27,685 bases of DNA from the IMG/VR virus record IMGVR_UViG_3300037483_000067, positions 1 to 27,685 of that record; one strand, written 5' to 3'. Made by a program: the position numbers and the translations under genes. Position 1 is the first letter of the stretch. Every line of letters begins with the position of its first letter. This DNA is from a virus. Its lineage: Duplodnaviria > Caudoviricetes. The notes beneath the pieces were generated by a model. It had not been told where the DNA came from. It saw only the letters and a list, made by a program, of their open reading frames with translations, and searched no databases. Positions 1 to 8,078 of the stretch are shown here, one piece after another.

Positions 1-876
1 GCGAATCTTTTCCCATAAAGAGAGGAAATCCTCTTTCTCAATCTTGTGTCGAAGGATGACTGCGCTGTTGTTTGCGCGCGCACGTTGCGGTTCCAGCTCA
101 AACCAGTTACCAAACTTGGAAGTCAACATATCTTCGTCATCAAACGAGAAAAGCGCAATCATCGCACTTCGACGAATGCCGCCCGCTAACACTGCATCAG
201 CAATGTAGCAATCAATATCATGAACTTCGAGAGGAGTAAGTCGTTCACCGCTTTGTTTGCGGTCCAGTACCTTTTGGATGTTGTGAAGGCAATCTTTTAG
301 CGGTTCGGGCCCAGGCGCCTTGCCGCCGGACGTGATTAGTCGTGCGCCCTTCGGTCGAATGTCTGAAAAATCGAAAAGTGGAAGCTTCTTCTGTCCATTT
401 GTGCCAAGATATGCTTCGATCAACACTTTGACGGAATCTGCCCACCCTTCAATAGAGTCACCGATAAGAAATCGGCGCTGGCGGGTGGGATGAATGACCA
501 CGGGAAGCTTTTCAACATGGTGCTTCTGTACAGAGTAGCCAACACCGCAGCCGCTCAACAACAAAAACATTATTTCTGAAAAGGAATCGGCATGATCCAT
601 CGGAAGAAATGCACAGTTATAGAGTCTGGATGGGTTGAGCTGCACCGGCTTTCCAGCAAACTGCATAGATCGCATTGACGGAAGAACTTTCTTTTCCAAC
701 ACCAATTTGTATGCCGCCTCAATTTCATCACGCAACTGTGGAAACCGTTTCAGATGCATGCTTTTATTACGAGCGACTAACTCTTGCCACGTTTCACGTC
801 GTTTTTGTTTTGGGAGATATTTTGCGTACTTCAGGAAGATAGTAATGTCTGATAGAATTTCGCTGGCTAGTTGCAT
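1..876 (-). CDS. nrdJ: Class II (adenosylcobalamin-dependent, monomeric RTPR-type) ribonucleotide reductase, 5' part; runs off the window start
   Basis: Absent from the ORF track because it has no stop in the window. My translation from ATG at 876 gives MQLASEILSDITIFLKYAKYLPKQKRRETWQELVARN...KKVLPSMRSMQFAG...RLYNCAF...LLSGCGVGYSVQ...IGDSIEGWAD...FDFSDIRPKGARLITSGGKAPGPEPL...AVLAGGIRRSAMIALF...QRARANNS, which are typical RTPR/NrdJ motifs. Confidence 0.93.
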   Translation of the reverse strand, partial: MQLASEILSDITIFLKYAKYLPKQKRRETWQELVARNKSMHLKRFPQLRDEIEAAYKLVLEKKVLPSMRSMQFAGKPVQLNPSRLYNCAFLPMDHADSFSEIMFLLLSGCGVGYSVQKHHVEKLPVVIHPTRQRRFLIGDSIEGWADSVKVLIEAYLGTNGQKKLPLFDFSDIRPKGARLITSGGKAPGPEPLKDCLHNIQKVLDRKQSGERLTPLEVHDIDCYIADAVLAGGIRRSAMIALFSFDDEDMLTSKFGNWFELEPQRARANNSAVILRHKIEKEDFLSLWEKIR

Positions 877-912
877 TTCTTTTGTTCCCCGCACCGCTAA
901 AATGTGAGAAGA

Positions 913-2289
913 TTAGCCCAGGTCGTTGCCGCCTTGCCGATCTTCATTGGCCGTGAGACGCTTATGCAGCATCTTCTTGACCATGTTCTCAGAGTTTTTC
1001 ATGTCTTGACGAGCACGAACTCCTTGTGTAGAATTCTCGTCAAAAACATCCATAACTCCTTTAAGTATGTCCATGCGAGCAGGGAACGTCATACCGTCGG
1101 GACCTAGCCGATTTTTGATGATGTGGACGCGTGCGGTGTTCGTTTGCTTATCGTTGAGTGTTCGACTCAAAGACGCCACGAAATCCGCAACCATAATCTT
1201 TCCATAGCTCTCAGCGATTTTATCGGCTTGAATCACTTCTTCTTGAATTGAACTTCGCTGCGTTTGACTCGCCGTCCAACAGGGAATGAAAAGTTCGCCT
1301 GCCACTGACCGTAGTTCCTCATAAATAGCACTCAATTCGAGGTAACGGGCCTCTGCCTTTTGATTAGAGCGAAGCAAATCTCCATAGTCAATGATGACCA
1401 AATCCGGCTTAAAACCAATACTGCCAAGTTGATGAATGTATGCTAAGAGCTTGTGTGCATTGACTGCTTTTGGGGGGAAATATTTGATCTTAATCGCGCC
1501 GGGCGCAGCAAGCACAGCTTTCTTGACGGCATCATAATTTTCTTTGAGCTTTTTTGGTTCTATGCCCGAAAACAATGTGTCATATCGTGTGCCCGTGTAG
1601 GTGTCATTTAGCTCGAGCGTGAAATGAAGAACTTTCTTTCCATTACGAATTGCTGCTGCACCGATTGCAGCAAGCATCCACGACTTTCCGGCTCCCGACG
1701 GTGCTGCAATTACCCCAAGTTCTCCGCCGGCGAGTCCGCCGTCCAATATAAGATTGATGGGCTCCCACGGTGTAGCAACCGTGATACGAGAGTCAGCCTT
1801 CAATCGTTTATCAATGTCCTCTTTCCAATCATGACCGTAATCTTTTGCAGTCCCTGCGCGCATGGCGGAATCTACGAGAATTTTGATATCATCGTATTGG
1901 TGTGCTTCAAGCAAGTCAACAGATTTAATGATTGCTGACTTGAGTGTTTGATTCTTACAGAACTGTAAAAACTTGTCTCGCACATACTCAAGATCGGTAT
2001 CTGATACATGCTGCTGAATGTTGCGAAGTTCCGCAACTACAGCAACCTGTGTAATGTCCGACTGAATCTTTTTGACTTCCGACAGAAACACCATACGAGT
2101 CGGAAGGGCACGATATTGCTTGAAGTGCTCAACAATCGTCGTCGCAATCCATTTGCGTGCGTCCGATTCAAAGTACTCCGGGTCAACAATATCGAAGGTT
2201 TGATGAACAAACGTAATGTCTCGGAGAAGAAGTGTCAAAACCTTAGATTGAAATTCTGCTCCGAAACGTTCGAGGGTGTCTTTTGCCAT
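913..2289 (-). CDS. Replicative DNA helicase, DnaB / T4 gp41-like
   Basis: Walker A APSGAGKS, HFTLEL, Walker B VIIDYGDLL, WTASQTQR, IAESYGK and IIKNRLGPDG motifs. Confidence 0.93.
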   Translation of the reverse strand: MAKDTLERFGAEFQSKVLTLLLRDITFVHQTFDIVDPEYFESDARKWIATTIVEHFKQYRALPTRMVFLSEVKKIQSDITQVAVVAELRNIQQHVSDTDLEYVRDKFLQFCKNQTLKSAIIKSVDLLEAHQYDDIKILVDSAMRAGTAKDYGHDWKEDIDKRLKADSRITVATPWEPINLILDGGLAGGELGVIAAPSGAGKSWMLAAIGAAAIRNGKKVLHFTLELNDTYTGTRYDTLFSGIEPKKLKENYDAVKKAVLAAPGAIKIKYFPPKAVNAHKLLAYIHQLGSIGFKPDLVIIDYGDLLRSNQKAEARYLELSAIYEELRSVAGELFIPCWTASQTQRSSIQEEVIQADKIAESYGKIMVADFVASLSRTLNDKQTNTARVHIIKNRLGPDGMTFPARMDILKGVMDVFDENSTQGVRARQDMKNSENMVKKMLHKRLTANEDRQGGNDLG

Positions 2290-2290
2290 A

Positions 2291-3328
2291 TTATAGAGTA
2301 TATCTGAGGAGTGGGGCGAATGTCATTTGTAACCATTGGTCGTAATTTCCGAATGCTCCAAGCATTTTATGTTGGGCCAGCAGTTTTGTCAAGTCCGCCT
2401 TATTCAGTGATAGTGCTGACTTGTCCATGCGATCAATGATATCCATATGCGTCGTGCCCTGCATAATTGACGTGGATAATTGCATCAACTGAAAGTTGCG
2501 TTCAATGGTTTCGCGATTATTGCAGATTGACTCAAACAGCTTGCCTTTTTCTTGTTGAGCGGCATAATTGATGATGCCTTCGATGTCTACTTTTGCCTCA
2601 TTGGCGAGCTGCGGAAATCGACGAATCAACACCTTGCGGCCAACGCCTTTGACGCCGGGAATGTTGTCGGAAACATCGCCGTCCATTGCTCGATAGATGG
2701 CAAAGTTGTTCGGATGAATGCCATATTCTTCGAGAACGGAATCAACTTGATAGACACGTTTCTTGATGGGATTCCAGACTGTGATGTTCTCGTTGACGAT
2801 TTGAAGAAAATCCTTGTCGGTGCTCATGATGATGGCTTTTCCTTCCCGTTCTTCGACAAGGTGAGCGACGTATGCCATCACGTCATCCGCTTCCACATTC
2901 TGTGGCGCAAGCACGACAACAGGTAAGCACTTCAAGACATGCGCAAGTGTGAGCAACTGCTCCTTCATCGCTATAGCTTCGTCATCCTTGTCTTTGAAGT
3001 CGTAGGTGCGATTCAGGCGTTGCATATTGCGCCGATTCTCTTTGTAGTCAGGGAACAACTTGCGACGGCGCTTGCTGCCGCCTTTGCCGTCAAACGCAAT
3101 AACCACGCGGGACGGCTTGAAGGTGCGAACGGCAAGACCAACACTCTTGAGAAACCCGGAGACACCACCTACATGATCGCCCTCGTCATTCATAGTGGGC
3201 ACAGCGGCGAAGCAGCGGATGTAGGTGTTAAGTCCGTCAACAACGAGAACACGACCATTGATGCCTCGGACATTTGACGATTGCTGTTCCTCTTTCATTT
3301 GGAGAAACCGCTGATGAAGGTTGGTCAT
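2291..3328 (-). CDS. 5'-3' exonuclease / flap endonuclease (stand-alone Pol I N-terminal domain, T4 RNase H-like)
   Basis: VLVVDGLN, AFDGKGGS..RR..FPDYKENR, VEADDV, STDKDFLQ, and the helix-hairpin-helix GDVSDNIPGVKGVG. Confidence 0.93.
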   Translation of the reverse strand: MTNLHQRFLQMKEEQQSSNVRGINGRVLVVDGLNTYIRCFAAVPTMNDEGDHVGGVSGFLKSVGLAVRTFKPSRVVIAFDGKGGSKRRRKLFPDYKENRRNMQRLNRTYDFKDKDDEAIAMKEQLLTLAHVLKCLPVVVLAPQNVEADDVMAYVAHLVEEREGKAIIMSTDKDFLQIVNENITVWNPIKKRVYQVDSVLEEYGIHPNNFAIYRAMDGDVSDNIPGVKGVGRKVLIRRFPQLANEAKVDIEGIINYAAQQEKGKLFESICNNRETIERNFQLMQLSTSIMQGTTHMDIIDRMDKSALSLNKADLTKLLAQHKMLGAFGNYDQWLQMTFAPLLRYTL

Positions 3329-3621
3329 AGCGTTTGATATTTCTTACAAAGGTTGGCCACAATGCTTTGGTCGATCTCTTCTTGAATATTCTTAGACAAG
3401 ACAGACACGAAGTTTGGGGTCTTGCGTGCGAACGGATTGGGAATACAACCCCACATTCTATACCACCATGATCCAATCACAGCATCGTGCCGATGGGTTC
3501 GGTACGCCCATTGATGAACTCGTTCATGCGTCTTAGCGAAAATACAGGGCCGCCTGCTAAACATGGCATCCATGTCTTGTGTTCCATCCATAGACCATAT
3601 TACACGTAGTTTATTGGTCAT
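3325..3621 (-). CDS. Small protein whose two ends resemble the gp23-type major capsid protein P-domain strand and spine helix
   Basis: ATGA overlaps with both neighbours support a real, translationally coupled gene. N-terminal TNKLRVIWSMDGTQDMDAMFS and C-terminal FVSVLSKNIQEEIDQSIVANL match recalled gp23 motifs. Confidence 0.7.
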   Translation of the reverse strand: MTNKLRVIWSMDGTQDMDAMFSRRPCIFAKTHERVHQWAYRTHRHDAVIGSWWYRMWGCIPNPFARKTPNFVSVLSKNIQEEIDQSIVANLCKKYQTL

Positions 3622-5132
3622 GCGAAAAACTCCTCTGCTTTTGCGTTAGTAATCGGCGGTAGTGACGGATGCGTTGCCATGTCTTCGTATCGTTGATATG
3701 CGTCAATACGAGCAGTTGCGATCTTGACGTATTCCTTGTCTTTGTCAATGCCGATGAAGTCAAAGTTAGAGAGGCGTGCTGCGATGCCCGTGCTGCCACT
3801 GCCCATGAACGGGTCGAGGACGGTGCCACCCTTGGGCGTGACCAGCAGGCATAGCCAGCGCATCAGTGCGACCGGCTTGACGGTGGGGTGGTGGTTGCGC
3901 GTCACGCCTGACGCGCCGCCACGTCCCCGGCCGTCCATGGCGCTCGGGGCGAACGCGAGTGCGTCGGCGCCACACCGTTGGCACGAGCCACGGTAGGACG
4001 CTGGGTGCGTGCGACCGCAGGCCGCGCACGTCATGTTGTCGGTGGGTGAGACACGTACGGAAGAACTTCCTGGCTTGCTTTGCAACTCTTCGAGCCCTTC
4101 TTCTCGTTCAGCTCGACTGGCCTTTGCGCAGTAGAAAAACCGGGATGCGCCACCTACGTCGCCAAAACCGGGATCACGACTTTCTCGTTCATCGCGTCCT
4201 ACACCATACACCAGCCCATTTCGAAATGCACCAAGACTTGCTTGCCCACCCGCACTGACCGTTTCACCGCTCTGCTCGTCGAGCATTTCTCCTGCTTCTT
4301 CGTCAAGAATGACGTTTGCGGGCCAGCGACCGAGATCAAATGTTCCTATTGCTTTGCTGCCACCATCAAATCCGGCTCCGGCATTTCGGCGGCCGGCATA
4401 AACCGAGCCATTGGCGGACGCCTTGGGATCAATGATACGATGCGGTCTGCCCTCTGTATCAATACGTGTTGCGTCAATATTGAGCGCACCAGTGCCATGC
4501 TTCTTGACGTTGGCGACGACTGTGCCAGACAAGGGCTTGCGTGCGAGGATGATCGGCTCCCAGGCGGGCTTGAGTGCGGTGCCCCAGCCAGACCATTGCT
4601 TCGCGACCGGCGATAGCGGGAGTACTGAACCCTTGCCGGTCCATCGGTCGGGCTTCGTGCCCACCACTTGCTCTGCTCCCGCGGCCCTGTCAATCGCCTT
4701 GCTCACATCGTGCGACTTCGGGAAGCCTGACCCATAGCAGAACATCAAGCAGTCACGAATTTCCCAGCCCGCATCCTCAAGAGCACACGTCAGTCGGTGA
4801 AATGTTCTGGTGCCACCAAATGCAACAAGGTATGTTCCGGGCTTTGCTACGCGGAAAGCTTCCACTGCCCAGCGATAGTGCCATTCTTGCTGACGTGGAG
4901 CAGTGTTCTTAGAACGATACGCCGCTGTTCCACCATATCTTACTTTTGAGCGACCGATTGGTCCCGGACTTTTAACGAGTGTGGGGTCGCCTGGTTGGCG
5001 CACGTCTCCAAGCTTGTCCCACTCTTTGCCCATGAATTCCAGGCCATAGGGCGGATCACATACGATAGAATCCACACTATCGGCTGGTAGCTTCTGCATA
5101 TGCTTGACGCAATCACCCGTCAGCAGTTTCAT
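3618..5132 (-). CDS. Orphan amino (N4-C/N6-A) DNA methyltransferase, beta class, with a zinc-ribbon insertion
   Basis: N-terminal GDC...SVDSIVCDPPY (motif IV), C-terminal HPTVKP and VLDPFMGSGSTG (motif I), and CAAC-x11-CQRC in the variable region. No adjacent endonuclease. Confidence 0.93.
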   Translation of the reverse strand: MKLLTGDCVKHMQKLPADSVDSIVCDPPYGLEFMGKEWDKLGDVRQPGDPTLVKSPGPIGRSKVRYGGTAAYRSKNTAPRQQEWHYRWAVEAFRVAKPGTYLVAFGGTRTFHRLTCALEDAGWEIRDCLMFCYGSGFPKSHDVSKAIDRAAGAEQVVGTKPDRWTGKGSVLPLSPVAKQWSGWGTALKPAWEPIILARKPLSGTVVANVKKHGTGALNIDATRIDTEGRPHRIIDPKASANGSVYAGRRNAGAGFDGGSKAIGTFDLGRWPANVILDEEAGEMLDEQSGETVSAGGQASLGAFRNGLVYGVGRDERESRDPGFGDVGGASRFFYCAKASRAEREEGLEELQSKPGSSSVRVSPTDNMTCAACGRTHPASYRGSCQRCGADALAFAPSAMDGRGRGGASGVTRNHHPTVKPVALMRWLCLLVTPKGGTVLDPFMGSGSTGIAARLSNFDFIGIDKDKEYVKIATARIDAYQRYEDMATHPSLPPITNAKAEEFFA

Positions 5133-6229
5133 TCAGCCTCCTCGGGGCTCTCTGCCAGTTCTTCAAGCGTATCGGTCGTTGCATAACTCATAATGACGGA
5201 CTCAGCAATTTGGTTGTAAATACGTTCTCTGCGTTTGTCATCCTTGAGAATCTCACCAACAAACTGCGACTTGTTAAACTTGATCTTTTCTTTGGTTTCG
5301 GGGTCTTCCCATGTTGCCCATGCACCATCCATTTTGAGCAACTTGCGTTCTTTCATCACTTCATACCACGAACCAAAATCATCAATGCCTCGGTCAAACA
5401 GCACATTGAATTCTGCCGTGCGGTATGGTGGACCGAGGCGGTTCTTAATAACCTTTGCCTTAATCTTAACGCCGACGACTTCTTTGTTGGCGTCTTTGAG
5501 CGTGCCAGCAAGAGTCAATCGTAGGCGCGTAGACGAATGGAAAGCGATTGCCTTGCCCCCGCTCGTCGTATACGGGTCTTGGAACGGCATAGCATTCATC
5601 TTGACTCGCAGCTGGTTGGTAAACACCAACGCAATCTTCTGGTCACCGATGAGCTTTGTGAGTTTGCGCAATGCCTTGCTGATGATGATGGCCTTGCCGG
5701 TGGCGTATCCGTCTTTGCCGTGCTCCGACTCCGCTTCATCTTCGGTCGTAGCGCCAGCAATGGAGTCTACAACAATGCAAACCAGTTTGTCCTTGTCAGC
5801 CTTGCGAACCGTTTCAACGATGCGTTCAATACTCTCAAAAATAGCTTCAATGAGATTTTCGGTGACATACACCATTTTCTTCATATCAAGGCCGACCGCA
5901 TCGAAAAAGTCATAATTGACGGCATTTTCGGTGTCGATCAGCACAGCAACACCGCCACGCTTCTGCGTGTCGGCAAGCATGTGCGCGGCGATCAGGCTCT
6001 TACCAGAGCCTTCATTGCCTTGCAGCTCAGTAATTCGGCCACAGGCGATGCCACCTTTTTTACGGTTAGAAATGGCGATGTCAAGAATTGAAGAACCGGT
6101 CGAGATGAAATGACTGAAATGGGTGGGCGCGTCAAAATCTTTGCCAAGAAACCATGCTACCTTGTGCCCACTTGCTGAGTTCAGCTGGTCCGCGATGACT
6201 GATGCTAAATCTTCTTTGATCTTTCCCAT
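5129..6229 (-). CDS. recA: RecA/UvsX-like recombinase
   Basis: ISTGSSILD, GRITELQGNEGSGKS (Walker A), IDTENA, IVVDSIA (Walker B), FTNQLR, TTSGGKAIAFHSSTRL, KNRLGPPYR. Confidence 0.95.
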   Translation of the reverse strand: MGKIKEDLASVIADQLNSASGHKVAWFLGKDFDAPTHFSHFISTGSSILDIAISNRKKGGIACGRITELQGNEGSGKSLIAAHMLADTQKRGGVAVLIDTENAVNYDFFDAVGLDMKKMVYVTENLIEAIFESIERIVETVRKADKDKLVCIVVDSIAGATTEDEAESEHGKDGYATGKAIIISKALRKLTKLIGDQKIALVFTNQLRVKMNAMPFQDPYTTSGGKAIAFHSSTRLRLTLAGTLKDANKEVVGVKIKAKVIKNRLGPPYRTAEFNVLFDRGIDDFGSWYEVMKERKLLKMDGAWATWEDPETKEKIKFNKSQFVGEILKDDKRRERIYNQIAESVIMSYATTDTLEELAESPEEAE

Positions 6230-6250
6230 GCGGAATCCTTTTTAAGCAAA

Positions 6251-6278
6251 TGGCGAGCCAGCGGGTGCCGGCTCGCCA
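6251..6278 (-). terminator. GC-rich hairpin between SSB and recA; probable leaky intrinsic terminator or processing stem
   Basis: Minus strand reads TGGCGAGCCGGC-ACCC-GCTGGCTCGCCA (12 bp including one G-U), followed by TTTGCTT. Confidence 0.6.
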
Positions 6279-6289
6279 CGATTGCTATA

Positions 6290-7141
6290 TTATTCGTTGA
6301 ATAGACGTTCAAATTCTTGTGCTACATCAGACGAATCCTCCTCGTCTGTTTCTACTGCAGAAACTGCTTTGTCCTTCGGCTTTGCCTTTGCTTTTGCGGG
6401 CTTCTCCGTAGGCGTTGCGCCAACAGCTTTTTCTACTGCTGGTGCTGCTTCACCCTTAATTGTAGCTGTGACAGAAGTGTCTTCGCCGGTTTCGGGATTG
6501 AGATACCTCTCTAAGAAGGATGCGAGTTCTTCATAGGAAGGCTCCTCGAAGATTTCACCGATATCAGGCTGCTCAGTGAGCCACTTATTCACCTGTTCCG
6601 CGTCCTTGCTTAGCGGAGTTTCCTTGGGCTTGACCAAACACTTGGTTTGTGCAAAGTTAGTGTCGCTCTTCTTCTCGGGGATGAAATCAACACTGACATC
6701 GCGACCGTTCTTTGGGTCAGAAATATCACCCCAATCCTCATCATTGATAACCTTGAGTAATTCAGTATAAACCGTTCTTCCGAAGCCCCAAAACCGAACG
6801 CCCTTATCTTCCTCACCGCGAACGATGACAGGGACGAAGGTTCGGAGTTTCGGAGAGAATTGCTTTGAAAACTTCCAATCATCCGATTCTCCGGTGGAAC
6901 GCAACTTATCGGCAAACTCTGCGATTGGGTCAGGCTTGCCGTGTGTAATTGGCGACAAGTGTGTCTTTCGGCCCAAGTAGTGAAAATAGAGTTCAATGAA
7001 GGGGTTGTCTGCGCGTTCCTTCCACGGAACGATTCGGACGATGGAGGCGCCTTCAGGCGGCTTCCATAAGGCGGACTTGCGGTCATTTTGACCTTGCAAA
7101 GTATTCAATTTCTTACGAAGCGCATCAAAATCCAATGTCAT
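6290..7141 (-). CDS. Single-stranded DNA-binding protein, T4 gp32-like
   Basis: LWKP...VRIVP...PFIELYFHY...DPIAEF...GVRFWGFG...DWGDISDPKNGRD, acidic C-terminal tail, location next to RecA, and AAGGAG RBS. Confidence 0.88.
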   Translation of the reverse strand: MTLDFDALRKKLNTLQGQNDRKSALWKPPEGASIVRIVPWKERADNPFIELYFHYLGRKTHLSPITHGKPDPIAEFADKLRSTGESDDWKFSKQFSPKLRTFVPVIVRGEEDKGVRFWGFGRTVYTELLKVINDEDWGDISDPKNGRDVSVDFIPEKKSDTNFAQTKCLVKPKETPLSKDAEQVNKWLTEQPDIGEIFEEPSYEELASFLERYLNPETGEDTSVTATIKGEAAPAVEKAVGATPTEKPAKAKAKPKDKAVSAVETDEEDSSDVAQEFERLFNE

Positions 7142-7204
7142 GCTTCTCTCCTTAACTCGTTAGTGTTGAGTGTTTAACGTTAAATGGAACCATTGGTACA
7201 TCTT

Positions 7205-7214
7205 CTATAAGTAG
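7205..7214 (-). promoter_or_regulatory. Putative phage late promoter motif CTACTTATAG upstream of SSB
   Basis: Recurring intergenic motif; 16 nt (7202-7217) are identical to 19336-19351. Confidence 0.6.
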
Positions 7215-7273
7215 CTCGCACATGCATGTCACGCACATTTGTAATCACTTATAAATCCTTATACTGCAATAAC

Positions 7274-7702
7274 TTATCGTTCAATTATTTTTAAAGTTTT
7301 GCCTCGACTGGGCTTGTGGATTTCTCGAAGTTTGGTGGGAATTTTCTTCAAATGTCCATATTGCGTCACGAGTATCATGTTGCGCAAATCTTCCCAATCA
7401 ATCTGGAAGTTCTTGTCAGCCATTCCGTCATTTCGTTCTGCGACGATCTTGTTGAGCGCATTGATTGTGTAAAGCGTATTGGTCTGCTTCTTGCGATGCA
7501 AAGAAATAGTAGAAGGAGGAATAGACTTTCGTGATTCTGATCCTACCACGATATTGTACGTGCAACACAATAAACCCGGTTCATCCACGTTATCCAGAAC
7601 ATAGATCGAATCAAATGCTATTTCGTAACAGCCGATAATTTTTTCTATTGTTTCATTGAGCAACTCTTCTGTGCAGAAGGTGCATAAAAGTTGAGTGTGC
7701 AT
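7274..7702 (-). CDS. Hypothetical phage protein (TQLLCTF...HRKKQTNTLYTINALN)
   Basis: Clean ORF with a GGGGA RBS, in the operon orientation; function not recognised. Confidence 0.75.
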   Translation of the reverse strand: MHTQLLCTFCTEELLNETIEKIIGCYEIAFDSIYVLDNVDEPGLLCCTYNIVVGSESRKSIPPSTISLHRKKQTNTLYTINALNKIVAERNDGMADKNFQIDWEDLRNMILVTQYGHLKKIPTKLREIHKPSRGKTLKIIER

Positions 7703-7733
7703 TCATCATCCCCATAACCGCCGTAAATGTCGG

Positions 7734-7743
7734 CTATAAGTAT
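7734..7743 (-). promoter_or_regulatory. Putative late promoter motif ATACTTATAG
   Basis: Intergenic, about 30 nt upstream of the ATG at 7702; a one-mismatch copy of the recurring motif. Confidence 0.5.
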
Positions 7744-7751
7744 GATGCCTC

Positions 7752-8078
7752 TCACTCTAAATTATCAAAAATCTTCTCGTATGCTTCCTCGTAACTCATT
7801 GGTAATATAGTGCCATCAGGATCGCGATGGAAGCCGACCCAGCGCCAATGCTTTCGTGGGTCTTGAGGATTTTCAGGCTGAATTCCATATGTTTCGCCCG
7901 TGACTGAATGGATTTTCATCGACCCCGGCCAAAATCCATTATCGGGATCATTAATACCACACACCGATATAGACCACGGACTTATTTCTACAGTCCACGC
8001 CCCACGCAACTTCTTGATTGAGCCAGATGTATGTTGAGTAGATACAACCAACTCTATTTCAGGCATTTTGTCAATCAT
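7752..8078 (-). CDS. Small protein whose N-terminus resembles the gp23-type major capsid protein segment PEI...KL..WT.E
   Basis: Start reassigned to ATG 8078, overlapping the upstream stop. Sequence begins MIDKMPEIELVVSTQHTSGSIKKLRGAWTVE. Confidence 0.65.
   Translation of the reverse strand: MIDKMPEIELVVSTQHTSGSIKKLRGAWTVEISPWSISVCGINDPDNGFWPGSMKIHSVTGETYGIQPENPQDPRKHWRWVGFHRDPDGTILPMSYEEAYEKIFDNLE

Noticed and set aside
5235-6113. Long plus-strand ORFs (226 aa, 184 aa) opposite recA
   Set aside because: Antisense shadows of a conserved gene, with no RBS or recognisable motifs. The same applies to the other plus-strand ORFs in the track.
1-6229. Inteins or introns in nrdJ, helicase or recA
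   Set aside because: Motif spacing and protein lengths are normal in the visible parts; no intein termini or homing endonuclease motifs were seen.
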